Made by a program: the position numbers and the translations under genes. From Ruminococcaceae bacterium UBA4871 (GTDB lineage: Bacteria > Bacillota > Clostridia > Oscillospirales > Acutalibacteraceae), in assembly GCA_002399445.1 (NCBI GenBank), contig DHDR01000027.1:11632-75631 (forward strand): DNA of 64,000 bases, read 5' to 3'. Below the pieces are notes generated by a model. It saw nothing but the letters and a program-made list of their open reading frames with translations. It was not told the DNA's origin and made no database searches. Every line of letters begins with the position of its first letter. Within the stretch, counting starts at the first letter, position 1. Below are positions 18,898 through 27,537 of the stretch, piece by piece.

Positions 18898-18937
18898 CGT
18901 TTCACCCCATTGATCCATGGATTTGAGTCACCCTTTT

Positions 18938-18965
18938 TAGGATATGACACAGCCGGCTTCTATGT
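18938..18965 (-). promoter_or_regulatory. sigma-K-like promoter upstream of the two-gene cassette
   Basis: The minus strand reads AC - 17 nt - CATATCCTA, which fits the B. subtilis sigma-K consensus AC-N17-CATAnnnTA. It lies about 40 nt upstream of ATG 18897. Confidence 0.35.
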
Positions 18966-19014
18966 GCATCAAGTTTTCATCCCGTGCCAAGCGGCATTTT
19001 CGGCATAACAGCAA

Positions 19015-19048
19015 AAACAGCCATCAGAGGATTCCCTGATGACTGTTT
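19015..19048 (-). terminator. intrinsic terminator of the pur operon (after purD)
   Basis: The minus strand reads AACAGTCATCAG-GGAATCC-TCTGATGGCTGTT followed by TTTTGC. Confidence 0.7.
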
Positions 19049-19101
19049 TATTTGCGAAATCACTGTCTAAAATTTCAATACGAAAACGCTGAAGATTGAT
19101 T

Positions 19102-20364
19102 TTACACTTTGCCAATATCATGACGGTATTGCATACCGTTCCAAGTAATTTTGTCAACGGCAGCGTAGGCTTTCTGCAAAGCCTCTTCCAAGGTACCTGC
19201 CGCACAAGTCACACCCAACACACGGCCGCCATTGGTATAAAATTTGTTTCCTTTTTTTATCGTACCAGCATGATAAATAGTTGCTCCCTCGACTTGACCA
19301 TGCTCGTCCAAGCCGTGAATTTCCATTCCCTTTTGATAGCTGCCGGGGTAACCGCCGCTTGCCAAAATAACACAGGCACAGGCATCCTTTTTCCACTGAA
19401 TGTCAATTTGGTCTAATGTACCATTGATGGTCGCCTCAAAAATATCAACCAAGTCTGTCTTGAGACGCGGCAGGACGACCTGCGCCTCCGGATCTCCAAA
19501 ACGTGAGTTATATTCAATGACTTTGGGACCATCCGGTGTCAGCATCAGGCCAAAATACAAGCAGCCCTTAAACGGACGCCCTTCCGCATTCATTGCCTTC
19601 AGGGTCGGCAGAAAAATCGTCTGCATACATTCCTCGGCAATTGCTTCTGTATAGAATGGATTGGGGCTTATCGTACCCATCCCGCCTGTATTTTTCCCCT
19701 TGTTGCCGTCCAATGCACGCTTATGATCTTTGCTGCTCACCATCGGTTTCAGCGTCTTGCCATCTGTAAAGGCCAGCACACTGACTTCCGGACCGGTAAG
19801 GAACTCTTCCACAACGACTTTGTTGCCGGAAGCACCAAATACTTTGTCCTCCATAATGGTCTTGACAGCACTTTCCGCTTCTTTCAGATTCTGTGCAATG
19901 ATAACACCCTTGCCAAGGGCAAGACCATCCGCCTTGATAACAACAGGAAAACGGCCCTGTTTTTGAATATAGGCAAGCGTGTCCTTTGGATTATCAAACA
20001 CACAATAATCTGCAGTCGGAATATGGTATTTTTTCATCAGATTTTTGCTAAAGACTTTGCTGGCCTCAATCTGTGCCGCCGCACGGTTCGGGCCGAATGC
20101 CGGAATTCCCGCTGCCTCCAAAGCATCCACCATACCTGCTGCAAGCGGATCATCCGGTGTCACACAAACAAGGCCTATTCCATTTTTTTTCGCAAAATTG
20201 ACGATTCCTGCAGTGTCCATGGCCTGAATGGGTACATTTTCCGCATCACAGCCAATGCCACCGTTTCCGGGGGCACAGTAAATTTTGTCCACTCGGCTGC
20301 TTTCCATTAATTTACGAATCACCGCATGTTCCCGGCCGCCGCCGCCAATTACCAGAATTTTCAT
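19102..20364 (-). CDS. purD: phosphoribosylamine--glycine ligase
   Basis: 420 aa. MKILVIGGGGREHA..., ATP-grasp domain. Confidence 0.95.
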   Translation of the reverse strand: MKILVIGGGGREHAVIRKLMESSRVDKIYCAPGNGGIGCDAENVPIQAMDTAGIVNFAKKNGIGLVCVTPDDPLAAGMVDALEAAGIPAFGPNRAAAQIEASKVFSKNLMKKYHIPTADYCVFDNPKDTLAYIQKQGRFPVVIKADGLALGKGVIIAQNLKEAESAVKTIMEDKVFGASGNKVVVEEFLTGPEVSVLAFTDGKTLKPMVSSKDHKRALDGNKGKNTGGMGTISPNPFYTEAIAEECMQTIFLPTLKAMNAEGRPFKGCLYFGLMLTPDGPKVIEYNSRFGDPEAQVVLPRLKTDLVDIFEATINGTLDQIDIQWKKDACACVILASGGYPGSYQKGMEIHGLDEHGQVEGATIYHAGTIKKGNKFYTNGGRVLGVTCAAGTLEEALQKAYAAVDKITWNGMQYRHDIGKV

Positions 20365-20389
20365 AACTGTGTTTCTTCCCTTTCTGCCA

Positions 20390-21565
20390 TTAATGGTGGA
20401 ACAGGCGCATGCCCGTAAAGGCCATCGTCATCCCATACTTGTCACAGGTATCCATTACATTGTCATCTCGGATGGAACCACCCGGTTCTGCAACATACTG
20501 CACACCACTCTTATGTGCACGCTCAATATTGTCGCCAAACGGGAAAAAGGCATCACTGCCCAGTGTAACACCAGAAAGCTTAGCAATCCACGCTTTTTTC
20601 TCCTCACTCGTAAGCGGCTCCGGTTTAACTTTAAGAAATTGTTTCCAGTTATCGGTCATAAGCAGATCTTCCCATTCGTCGGAAATATAGTTGTCAATGG
20701 TATTATCGCGGTCGGGACGATGAATCTTGTCCACAAACTGCAGCGCCAGCACTTTTGGATGCTGACGTAACCACCAAACATCGGCTTTGTTTCCTGCCAG
20801 ACGCGTGCAGTGAATTCGACTCTGCTGTCCGGCACCGACACCAATGGTTTTGCCGTCTTTCACATAACAGACAGAATTGCTTTGGGTATATTTGAGTGCA
20901 ATCAAGGAAATCAGCATATCCCGTTTTGCCGTTTCCGGCAAGTCCTTGTTTTGGGTGACGACATTTTGAAGCAGACTTCCGTCAATTTTAAAATCATTAC
21001 GGCGCTGCTCAAAAGTAACGCCAAAGACATCCTTATGCTCCACCTGTGCCGGCACATAGGAGGCATCCATCTGGACGATATTATAAGTGCCTCTTCGCTT
21101 CCCTTTGAGAATTTTCAGCGCTTCATCCGTATAGCCCGGCGCAATGATACCATCAGAAACTTCCCGTTTCAAAAGCAAAGCGGTTTCCTTATCGCAGACA
21201 TCTGAAAGCGCAGCCCAGTCCCCATAGGAGGACATCCGGTCTGCTCCGCGTGCAGCCGCATATGCGCTGGCAATTGGAGAAAGCTGCAAGTCATCGACAA
21301 AATAGATTTTCTTAAGCGTATCAGAAAGTTCCGTTGCCACTGCGGCACCCGCCGGACTGACGTGCTTAAAGGAAGCAGCGCTGGGCAGTCCAGTCGTCTG
21401 CTTCATTTCTTTTACCAACTGCCAAGAATTCATGGCATCCAGCAGATTGATGTAGCCCGGATGACCGTTGAGCACAGTTATTGGCAGTTCGTTTCCCTGC
21501 TGCATAAACACGCGTGCCGGCTTCTGATTAGGATTGCAGCCATATTTCAGTTCCAGTTCTTTCAT
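20390..21565 (-). CDS. purH: AICAR formyltransferase (PurH formyltransferase domain only)
   Basis: 391 aa. LKYGCNPNQ...FKHVSPAG... with a C-terminal FTGMRLFHH. It lacks the N-terminal MGS-like IMP cyclohydrolase domain of bifunctional PurH. Confidence 0.85.
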   Translation of the reverse strand: MKELELKYGCNPNQKPARVFMQQGNELPITVLNGHPGYINLLDAMNSWQLVKEMKQTTGLPSAASFKHVSPAGAAVATELSDTLKKIYFVDDLQLSPIASAYAAARGADRMSSYGDWAALSDVCDKETALLLKREVSDGIIAPGYTDEALKILKGKRRGTYNIVQMDASYVPAQVEHKDVFGVTFEQRRNDFKIDGSLLQNVVTQNKDLPETAKRDMLISLIALKYTQSNSVCYVKDGKTIGVGAGQQSRIHCTRLAGNKADVWWLRQHPKVLALQFVDKIHRPDRDNTIDNYISDEWEDLLMTDNWKQFLKVKPEPLTSEEKKAWIAKLSGVTLGSDAFFPFGDNIERAHKSGVQYVAEPGGSIRDDNVMDTCDKYGMTMAFTGMRLFHH

Positions 21566-21576
21566 GTTTACTCTCC

Positions 21577-22281
21577 TTATGCATTTTTATTGGCGATTTT
21601 CCAATCGTGTTTCCCCGTCTGTAAATCAATAAAGCAGGTATACAAGGCAACTTTATTGTCCGCATTTAAGTGATTCCACACCATATCGGTAAAAGTTTCC
21701 AAATTGTTAGGAATCGTGACCGGTGTTGGTTCACCATCGAAACTCGGCAGTGGGTTGCCATCTCCCAGATAAGTGTGGATGTAACGGCCCTGCCCTGCTT
21801 TCGGGTTCTCATACCGGTAAAAATAACGAAGCGGGCATGCAGCATCTCCATTGTCACTTTTTAAAATGGAAAGCTGAAAATCTCCGTTTGATTTTACAAG
21901 GCCGCTGATACGCGGTGTGAAATTCGGTGCATCCGGTTCAAACGTACGGGTCAGCAGGGCTTCCTCAAAGCTGCATCCGCGCTTCATAAAGTCATAAATC
22001 GTATCTGTCTGATCGCCATTGGTTACAATGGTCTCGTCGCCAATCTGGCGCACCGGTGCATAAATAATCAGAGACGGATCAACCATCTTGCTTTCATCAT
22101 ACGCTTTTGTTTGGATTCCGTCTGCAGTTGAAATGAAAATCCGATTACGGCTGTTTGCACTGCGGCCCATGATAAAATACGCAATCACTGCACTGCGGTT
22201 GTCTGCACTGCGGCCGAGAATGATTCCACGGCCAGGATATGTGCAGGAAGAAAGTTCGGTTTCCAGTTCTTTGCGTTTCAT
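21577..22281 (-). CDS. IMP cyclohydrolase, PurO-like (stand-alone)
   Basis: 234 aa. Called from position within the pur operon and resemblance to the stand-alone IMP cyclohydrolase family of Clostridia and archaea (YPGRGIILG...FIMGRSANSRNR). Confidence 0.7.
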   Translation of the reverse strand: MKRKELETELSSCTYPGRGIILGRSADNRSAVIAYFIMGRSANSRNRIFISTADGIQTKAYDESKMVDPSLIIYAPVRQIGDETIVTNGDQTDTIYDFMKRGCSFEEALLTRTFEPDAPNFTPRISGLVKSNGDFQLSILKSDNGDAACPLRYFYRYENPKAGQGRYIHTYLGDGNPLPSFDGEPTPVTIPNNLETFTDMVWNHLNADNKVALYTCFIDLQTGKHDWKIANKNA

Positions 22282-22913
22282 TTCGATACCTCCTTGATTT
22301 CAACTCTCCCGTCTTTGACAATCAACCTTCCGTCACAGAAAAGCGCGGCGGCTTTAGGCAGAAGCTTCCACTCCGCCTGTTCCATGACTCTGCGCTGCAG
22401 GATTTCCGGCGTGTCCCCTTGTTGAACCTCAACGGCTTTCTGCAGGATAATGGGACCACCGTCACACACTTCATTGACAAAATGTACCGTCGCACCGGTC
22501 ACTTTCACCCCGCGTGCCAATGCTTTCTCATGTACACGCAGACCGTAAAATCCTTCCCCGCAGAAAGATGGGATTAGGGACGGATGAATGTTGATGATTC
22601 TATTTTTATAGGCATGAATCACACGCGTACTGATAATTGTCAAAAATCCTGCTAAAATGACAAGGCCGGTCTGATGGTCTGCCAAAGCTCCCAGCAGTGC
22701 ATCATCATACGTATCCTGATTCACAAATTCTTTTCTCCGCAGAACAATTGAGGAAATTCCCGCTTTTTCCGCACGTTTCAGCGCATAGGCATCCGGCCGG
22801 CTGGCAACCACTAAAGAGATACGTCCATTGGGAATCTCTCCACGTTTCTGCGCGTTAATCAGCGCCTGCAGATTGGTCCCGCCGCCGGAAACCAGCACGG
22901 AAATGTTCAGCAT
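22278..22913 (-). CDS. purN: phosphoribosylglycinamide formyltransferase
   Basis: 211 aa. VLVSGGGTNLQALI...NIHPSL. Confidence 0.9.
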   Translation of the reverse strand: MLNISVLVSGGGTNLQALINAQKRGEIPNGRISLVVASRPDAYALKRAEKAGISSIVLRRKEFVNQDTYDDALLGALADHQTGLVILAGFLTIISTRVIHAYKNRIINIHPSLIPSFCGEGFYGLRVHEKALARGVKVTGATVHFVNEVCDGGPIILQKAVEVQQGDTPEILQRRVMEQAEWKLLPKAAALFCDGRLIVKDGRVEIKEVSK

Positions 22914-23947
22914 AGCACCACGCCGTCCTCTCCGCTGATGATTTCACCAATGACAGAAGCTTTTTCACCCGTTTCCCGCAATGTGCGGACCGCTGTGTCG
23001 GCTTCCTCTGCAGAAACAACACAGCACATACCGATTCCCATATTAAATGTATTATACATATCCCGTTCCGGAATTTTTCCGGCTTTTTGAATCAGGGAAA
23101 AAATCGGGGGTTTCTCAAAAGCAGAAAGTGAAATTTTTGCCGTCATACCCGGTTTCAGCATGCGTGGTATGTTTTCATAAAAGCCACCGCCGGTTACATG
23201 GGAAATTGCCTTGACATGCACCGTCTGCATCAATTTTTTCATAGATTTCACATAAATGCGTGTCGGGGTAAGCAGTGCTTCGCCGAGTGTTTTTCCAAGC
23301 TCCGGAACATATTGTTTGACAGAATTTTCATCAATGCCAAGCGCCATGCGCACCAGTGAAAAGCCGTTGGAATGCACACCGGAAGACGGCAAACCCAGAA
23401 GAACATCTCCCGCCTTCACTTGGCTTCCGTCAATGATCCGAGATTTGTCGACAATACCAACGGAGAAGCCGGCGAGATCATATTCATTTTCCGGCATCAA
23501 GCCGGGATGCTCTGCAGTCTCTCCGCCAACAAGCGCACTTTCGGCCTGCACGCAGCCCTCTGCAATCCCACTGACAATTGCCGCGGTCTTTTCCGGAAAG
23601 TTTCGCCCAGTAGCAATGTAATCCAGAAAAAACAGCGGCTGTGCTCCGCAGCAGATCACATCATTGACACACATAGCGACACAGTCAATACCAACTGTGT
23701 CATGCTTGTCCATTAAAAAGGCAATCTTAAGCTTTGTGCCAACGCCGTCAGTTCCACTGACCAGCACTGGCTCCTGCATACCGGAAAGGTTTGGCTGAAA
23801 CAAGCCGCCGAAACCACCTATACCAGAAAGGACACCGGCTGTCTGCGTACGGGCAACAAATTTCTGCATCAGTTCCACTGACCTGTAGCCGGCAGTTACG
23901 TCTACGCCGGCATCTTTGTAGCTGTTGCTGTAGCTTTTTTGATTCAT
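22907..23947 (-). CDS. purM: phosphoribosylformylglycinamidine cyclo-ligase (AIR synthetase)
   Basis: YKDAGVDV...GTDGVGTK motifs. Start set at ATG 23947, 6 nt after GGAGG; the track ORF extends to 24004. Confidence 0.9.
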   Translation of the reverse strand: MNQKSYSNSYKDAGVDVTAGYRSVELMQKFVARTQTAGVLSGIGGFGGLFQPNLSGMQEPVLVSGTDGVGTKLKIAFLMDKHDTVGIDCVAMCVNDVICCGAQPLFFLDYIATGRNFPEKTAAIVSGIAEGCVQAESALVGGETAEHPGLMPENEYDLAGFSVGIVDKSRIIDGSQVKAGDVLLGLPSSGVHSNGFSLVRMALGIDENSVKQYVPELGKTLGEALLTPTRIYVKSMKKLMQTVHVKAISHVTGGGFYENIPRMLKPGMTAKISLSAFEKPPIFSLIQKAGKIPERDMYNTFNMGIGMCCVVSAEEADTAVRTLRETGEKASVIGEIISGEDGVVLC

Positions 23948-24028
23948 AAAAGTCCTCCGAGTTTCTGCACACTTCCACATCTTGTTTTTTCCAATATACT
24001 GCATTTAAATCGGACAGGAACCTTAAAC

Positions 24029-24532
24029 TTACAATTCTTCCAACTTTTCCTGAATGGCTGCGTCTTTTTTAGCAACTCCGGCGGCCATATCTTTCTTGGA
24101 CTGCTCTAATTTCCGCGCTAAATTTTCATCGGAAAGTGCAAGCATCTGTGCCGCTAGGATTGCTGCATTTTCCGCGCCATCAATTGCAACGGTGGCAACT
24201 GGAATACCGCTCGGCATCTGCACAGTGGCAAGGAGTGCCTCCATGCCGCCGAGATTGGCAGACTTGATGGGAATGCCGATAACAGGCAGCGTCGTGTTTG
24301 CCGCAAGGATTCCTGCAAGGTGAGCTGCCATGCCTGCCGCTGCAATAATCACACCAAAGCCGGCTGCTTTTGCGCCCTTTGCAAAAGAGACTGCACGGTC
24401 CGGCGTACGATGTGCACTCATCACATGCACCTCGCAGGGAATCTCCAGTGCGTTCAGCTTTTTAATTGCTTTGCTGACAGTGGGAAAATCGCTGTCGCTG
24501 CCCATAATGACCGCTACTTTTTTTGTTGCCAT
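24029..24532 (-). CDS. purE: 5-(carboxyamino)imidazole ribonucleotide mutase
   Basis: 167 aa. [12 protein letters not shown]...SAHRTP...AGMAAHLAG. Confidence 0.95.
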   Translation of the reverse strand: MATKKVAVIMGSDSDFPTVSKAIKKLNALEIPCEVHVMSAHRTPDRAVSFAKGAKAAGFGVIIAAAGMAAHLAGILAANTTLPVIGIPIKSANLGGMEALLATVQMPSGIPVATVAIDGAENAAILAAQMLALSDENLARKLEQSKKDMAAGVAKKDAAIQEKLEEL

Positions 24533-24582
24533 TGTTTATCACTCCTGTATCTGATTGAATCGCATAAATAAATAGAAAGAAA

Positions 24583-24613
24583 ATAGACTGTTCCCTCAAC
24601 GGGTACAGTCTAT
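24583..24613 (-). terminator. intrinsic terminator/attenuator inside the pur operon leader
   Basis: The minus strand reads ATAGACTGTACCC-GTTGA-GGGAACAGTCTAT followed by TTTTCTTTC, about 50 nt upstream of the purE ATG. Confidence 0.7.
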
Positions 24614-24684
24614 CAAAGCATATGAGAAAGGCAAACCATGAATATGATTCATCTGTTTTGCCCCCTTATGATTATGATAACTCT

Positions 24685-24713
24685 ATTGTAGGGGAAAATA
24701 CGGATAAATGCAA
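24685..24713 (-). promoter_or_regulatory. sigma-A promoter of the pur operon
   Basis: On the minus strand: TTGCAT (24713-24708), a 17-bp spacer, then TACAAT (24690-24685). Confidence 0.6.
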
Positions 24714-24755
24714 GGTTTACTGACTATTTTGCAAAAATTCAAGGCTCTGCAGATA

Positions 24756-25673
24756 TTATTGCTGATCCTTTGGCTCTGTAAACATTTCTTTCAGAGATGT
24801 GGCCAGCCCGGCAAGGCCTTGCATATCAGATGGAATGATCAGCTTAGTGGCCTTACCGTCTGCAGCTTTCTGGAATGCTTCCAGACTTCTCAGCGCAATG
24901 ACGCGGTCGCTTGGATTTGCTTCATTCAAGAGTTTCACGGCATCCGCATAAGCACCCTGAACTTCGCGGATTGCCGCCGCTTTACCCTGTGCCTCACGGA
25001 TTGCTGCTTCTTTCTGTGCATCTGCATGCAGAATAGTACTCTCTTTTTCACCCTCTGCGACCAAGATGACACTCTGCTTCTGTCCCTCTGCTTCCAAAAT
25101 ACGAGCACGGCGCTCACGTTCTGCCTTCATCTGCTTTTCCATGCTGTCCTGAATCTCTTTCGGAGGCAGGATATTTTTCAGTTCAACACGATTAACCTTG
25201 ATGCCCCATGCATCGGTGGCCTCATCTAAAATGGTGCGGATTTTGGTATTGATGAAATCGCGGCTGGTCAGCGTGTGGTCCAGTTCCAAGTCACCGATAA
25301 TGTTCCGCAAAGTAGTTGCAGAAAGGTTTTCAATTGCAGAAAGCGGACGTTCAACTCCATATGTGTAAAGCTTAGGATCCGTAATCTGAAAATAGACGAC
25401 CGTATCAATCTGCATGGTGACATTGTCTTTTGTAATGACCGGCTGCGGCGGAAAATCAATCACCTGTTCTTTCAGAGAAACTTTTTTGGACACTTTCTCA
25501 ATAAACGGGATCTTGACATGCAGACCGGTTTCCCATGCAGCATGGAATGCACCCAGACGTTCAATAACATAAGCATGCGCCTGTGGCACAATCTTAATAT
25601 TGGAAATCAAGATAATCAGAAGGATAAGAATTACAATGGCAAGGACAATCGTTCCAGTAGATATCATTTGCAT
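24756..25673 (-). CDS. SPFH/band-7 (stomatin-like) membrane protein
   Basis: 305 aa. N-terminal TM helix, an SPFH domain (IVPQAHAYVIERLG...) and an Ala/Glu-rich coiled coil. Confidence 0.85.
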   Translation of the reverse strand: MQMISTGTIVLAIVILILLIILISNIKIVPQAHAYVIERLGAFHAAWETGLHVKIPFIEKVSKKVSLKEQVIDFPPQPVITKDNVTMQIDTVVYFQITDPKLYTYGVERPLSAIENLSATTLRNIIGDLELDHTLTSRDFINTKIRTILDEATDAWGIKVNRVELKNILPPKEIQDSMEKQMKAERERRARILEAEGQKQSVILVAEGEKESTILHADAQKEAAIREAQGKAAAIREVQGAYADAVKLLNEANPSDRVIALRSLEAFQKAADGKATKLIIPSDMQGLAGLATSLKEMFTEPKDQQ

Positions 25674-25757
25674 AAATTTTTTCTCCTCTCAAAGCACTAT
25701 TAGAATGATCTCCGTTCAGCGCAGACCTAAATTAATGGAACAGCAAGGGAAATTTTT

Positions 25758-26207
25758 CTATTTAGTGCAAGCAACAATTGCTTTTACACCTTCGATTCTT
25801 TTAACAACAATATTTTCCCCAATGGGAATCACCGTTCCGTCTTCAGAACGCGCAGTCCAAACGCTGCCCATAACCTTCACTTCACCCTGTCCTGCTGTAT
25901 TGTTGATTTCTTCTGTCACAACTCCATTGTTTCCAATATAGCGGTCGGCATTTGTTTTCGCTTTTTGTGAATGAGTAATCTTTTTCACTAAAGGCCGCGT
26001 AAGTATTAAAGCCAGCACTGTGACAGCTATAAACAAAAGAATTTGTACAAGAATGTCTGCTCCGCAGGCCGATGCAATGACTGCTGCAATTCCGCCAACT
26101 GCAAACCAAACACTGACAAGCTGAACGGTTGCTGCCTCGACCAATGATGCTACCACAATAATTCCAAGCCACACAAATGGCATAGCAGTCAAAATTTCAC
26201 CTGACAT
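25758..26207 (-). CDS. NfeD family membrane protein
   Basis: Start at ATG 26207 behind GGAGGTG. Multiple TM helices are followed by a C-terminal OB-fold tail (GEVKVMGSVWTARSEDG...). The NfeD-SPFH operon pairing is typical. Confidence 0.8.
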   Translation of the reverse strand: MSGEILTAMPFVWLGIIVVASLVEAATVQLVSVWFAVGGIAAVIASACGADILVQILLFIAVTVLALILTRPLVKKITHSQKAKTNADRYIGNNGVVTEEINNTAGQGEVKVMGSVWTARSEDGTVIPIGENIVVKRIEGVKAIVACTK

Positions 26208-26541
26208 CTCTTTCACCTCCATCCTGCTTGACAATATGCTGCCATATATTCCATACAAATATAAACGAGAATGGGGGCATACCAAACAGCATTTGCCCAT
26301 CCTAGCTGAAAGAATACACCATGTTTCATAATGTTCTTCAGAAAGTACCGAAAACGTAAAGGTGTTTTGACACGATCTACTAAAAATCTTACTGGAGATT
26401 GAAGGCAAAAGCAATGGTATCAGTTTATGACAATCTGGTGCCAAATATTCAGCGGAAAATTGGTAATGTCAAAGGCAAAAAGTAAATAAAATCGAATCCA
26501 TAAATTTTCCTATGTACCGCTGCTGCAGAAAGGCATAAAAT

Positions 26542-27036
26542 TTATTTTTTGTGTGCTTTTCCCCCGTGGCTGGCAACTGCCCGGATACTTTGGCGTGTGT
26601 TGCGAAGGGAAGCCAGATTGGCAGTGAGTCCTTCATCTGCACGGCGCATTAGGTCATCCACATAGGCTCCGCTGACACGGCGCATTTCACGCGTCTGCTT
26701 CTGCGTGGTTGTAATCAGCTTGTCCGCTCGCTTCTGTGCCTGCCGCAAAACATTCTCTTGGCTAATCATAGCTTTGGAACGCTCTTCTGCCGTACGAAGA
26801 ATTCCATCCGCTTCTTTTTTGGCATCTGTCAAAATCTTATTGCGGTCGGCAACGATCAGCCGCGCTTTATGGACCTCCTGCGGGAGAGATTCGCGCAGTT
26901 CATCCAGAATTTGGCGGACTTCCTCACCATCCACAACCAATCGTCCATGGCTGAGCGGAAGATTCCATGCTTTCTCAAGCAATGTGTATAGTTCGTCAAT
27001 CAGATCTTCTGCACTAACGGTATTTGCTTCATTCAT
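26542..27036 (-). CDS. hypothetical coiled-coil protein conserved downstream of coaD
   Basis: Start at ATG 27036 behind AGGAGG. Helical and charged, with no catalytic motif. Confidence 0.5.
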   Translation of the reverse strand: MNEANTVSAEDLIDELYTLLEKAWNLPLSHGRLVVDGEEVRQILDELRESLPQEVHKARLIVADRNKILTDAKKEADGILRTAEERSKAMISQENVLRQAQKRADKLITTTQKQTREMRRVSGAYVDDLMRRADEGLTANLASLRNTRQSIRAVASHGGKAHKK

Positions 27037-27535
27037 TCTTGTTTCCTCCTGCATAGATACGGTCTATTACGTCCTTCATAATGCACTGCGGCACACACTT
27101 GGAAATATCACCGCCGAATGTTGCAATTTGTTTCACCACACTGGAACTCAGATACATATTTTCTGCCTGTGTGTTAAAGAAAATCGTTTCCAAATTAGGA
27201 TTTAAGTTCCGGTTTGTAAGGGACATTTGGAACTCATATTCAAAATCTGAAAGTGCACGCAGGCCACGCACAACTACTACCGCTTGTTTCTGCCGTGCAT
27301 ATTCTGCCAGCAGGCCATGGAAGCTGTCAACCTCAACTTGTGGAAGGTTCTGTGTACAGCGTTGAATCATGTCCATCCGTTCTTCCGCTGTAAAGGCGGT
27401 CTTCTTCATTGGGTTGTCCAGCACAGCAACAATCACTTTGTCAAATAATTTGCAGGAACGGCGAATAATGTCCAGATGTCCAAGCGTAACGGGGTCAAAA
27501 CTGCCAGGGCAGATTGCAATTCTTTCTTCTCTCAC
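27029..27535 (-). CDS. coaD: phosphopantetheine adenylyltransferase
   Basis: 168 aa. ICPGSFDPVTLGHLDII. Confidence 0.95.
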   Translation of the reverse strand: MREERIAICPGSFDPVTLGHLDIIRRSCKLFDKVIVAVLDNPMKKTAFTAEERMDMIQRCTQNLPQVEVDSFHGLLAEYARQKQAVVVVRGLRALSDFEYEFQMSLTNRNLNPNLETIFFNTQAENMYLSSSVVKQIATFGGDISKCVPQCIMKDVIDRIYAGGNKNE

Positions 27536-27537
27536 AT

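Larger units (their letters stand above)
16100..19050. mobile_element. possible remnant or minimal integrated element: serine recombinase plus two cargo genes. Boundaries are not defined.
   Basis: The recombinase and two unknown genes are wedged between housekeeping operons (tkt and pur). I could not identify direct-repeat ends. Confidence 0.3.

Noticed and set aside
24533-24700. Purine, ZTP or PRPP riboswitch upstream of purE
   Set aside because: I looked for the purine aptamer cores (UAUAAU...GGAUAUGG...GUUUCUACC...CCGUAAAU...GACUA), the ZTP GGGUCG/CCGCCUGGGC blocks and the ykkC GGGA/ACACGG blocks on the minus strand. None is present. The leader is reported as unclassified instead.
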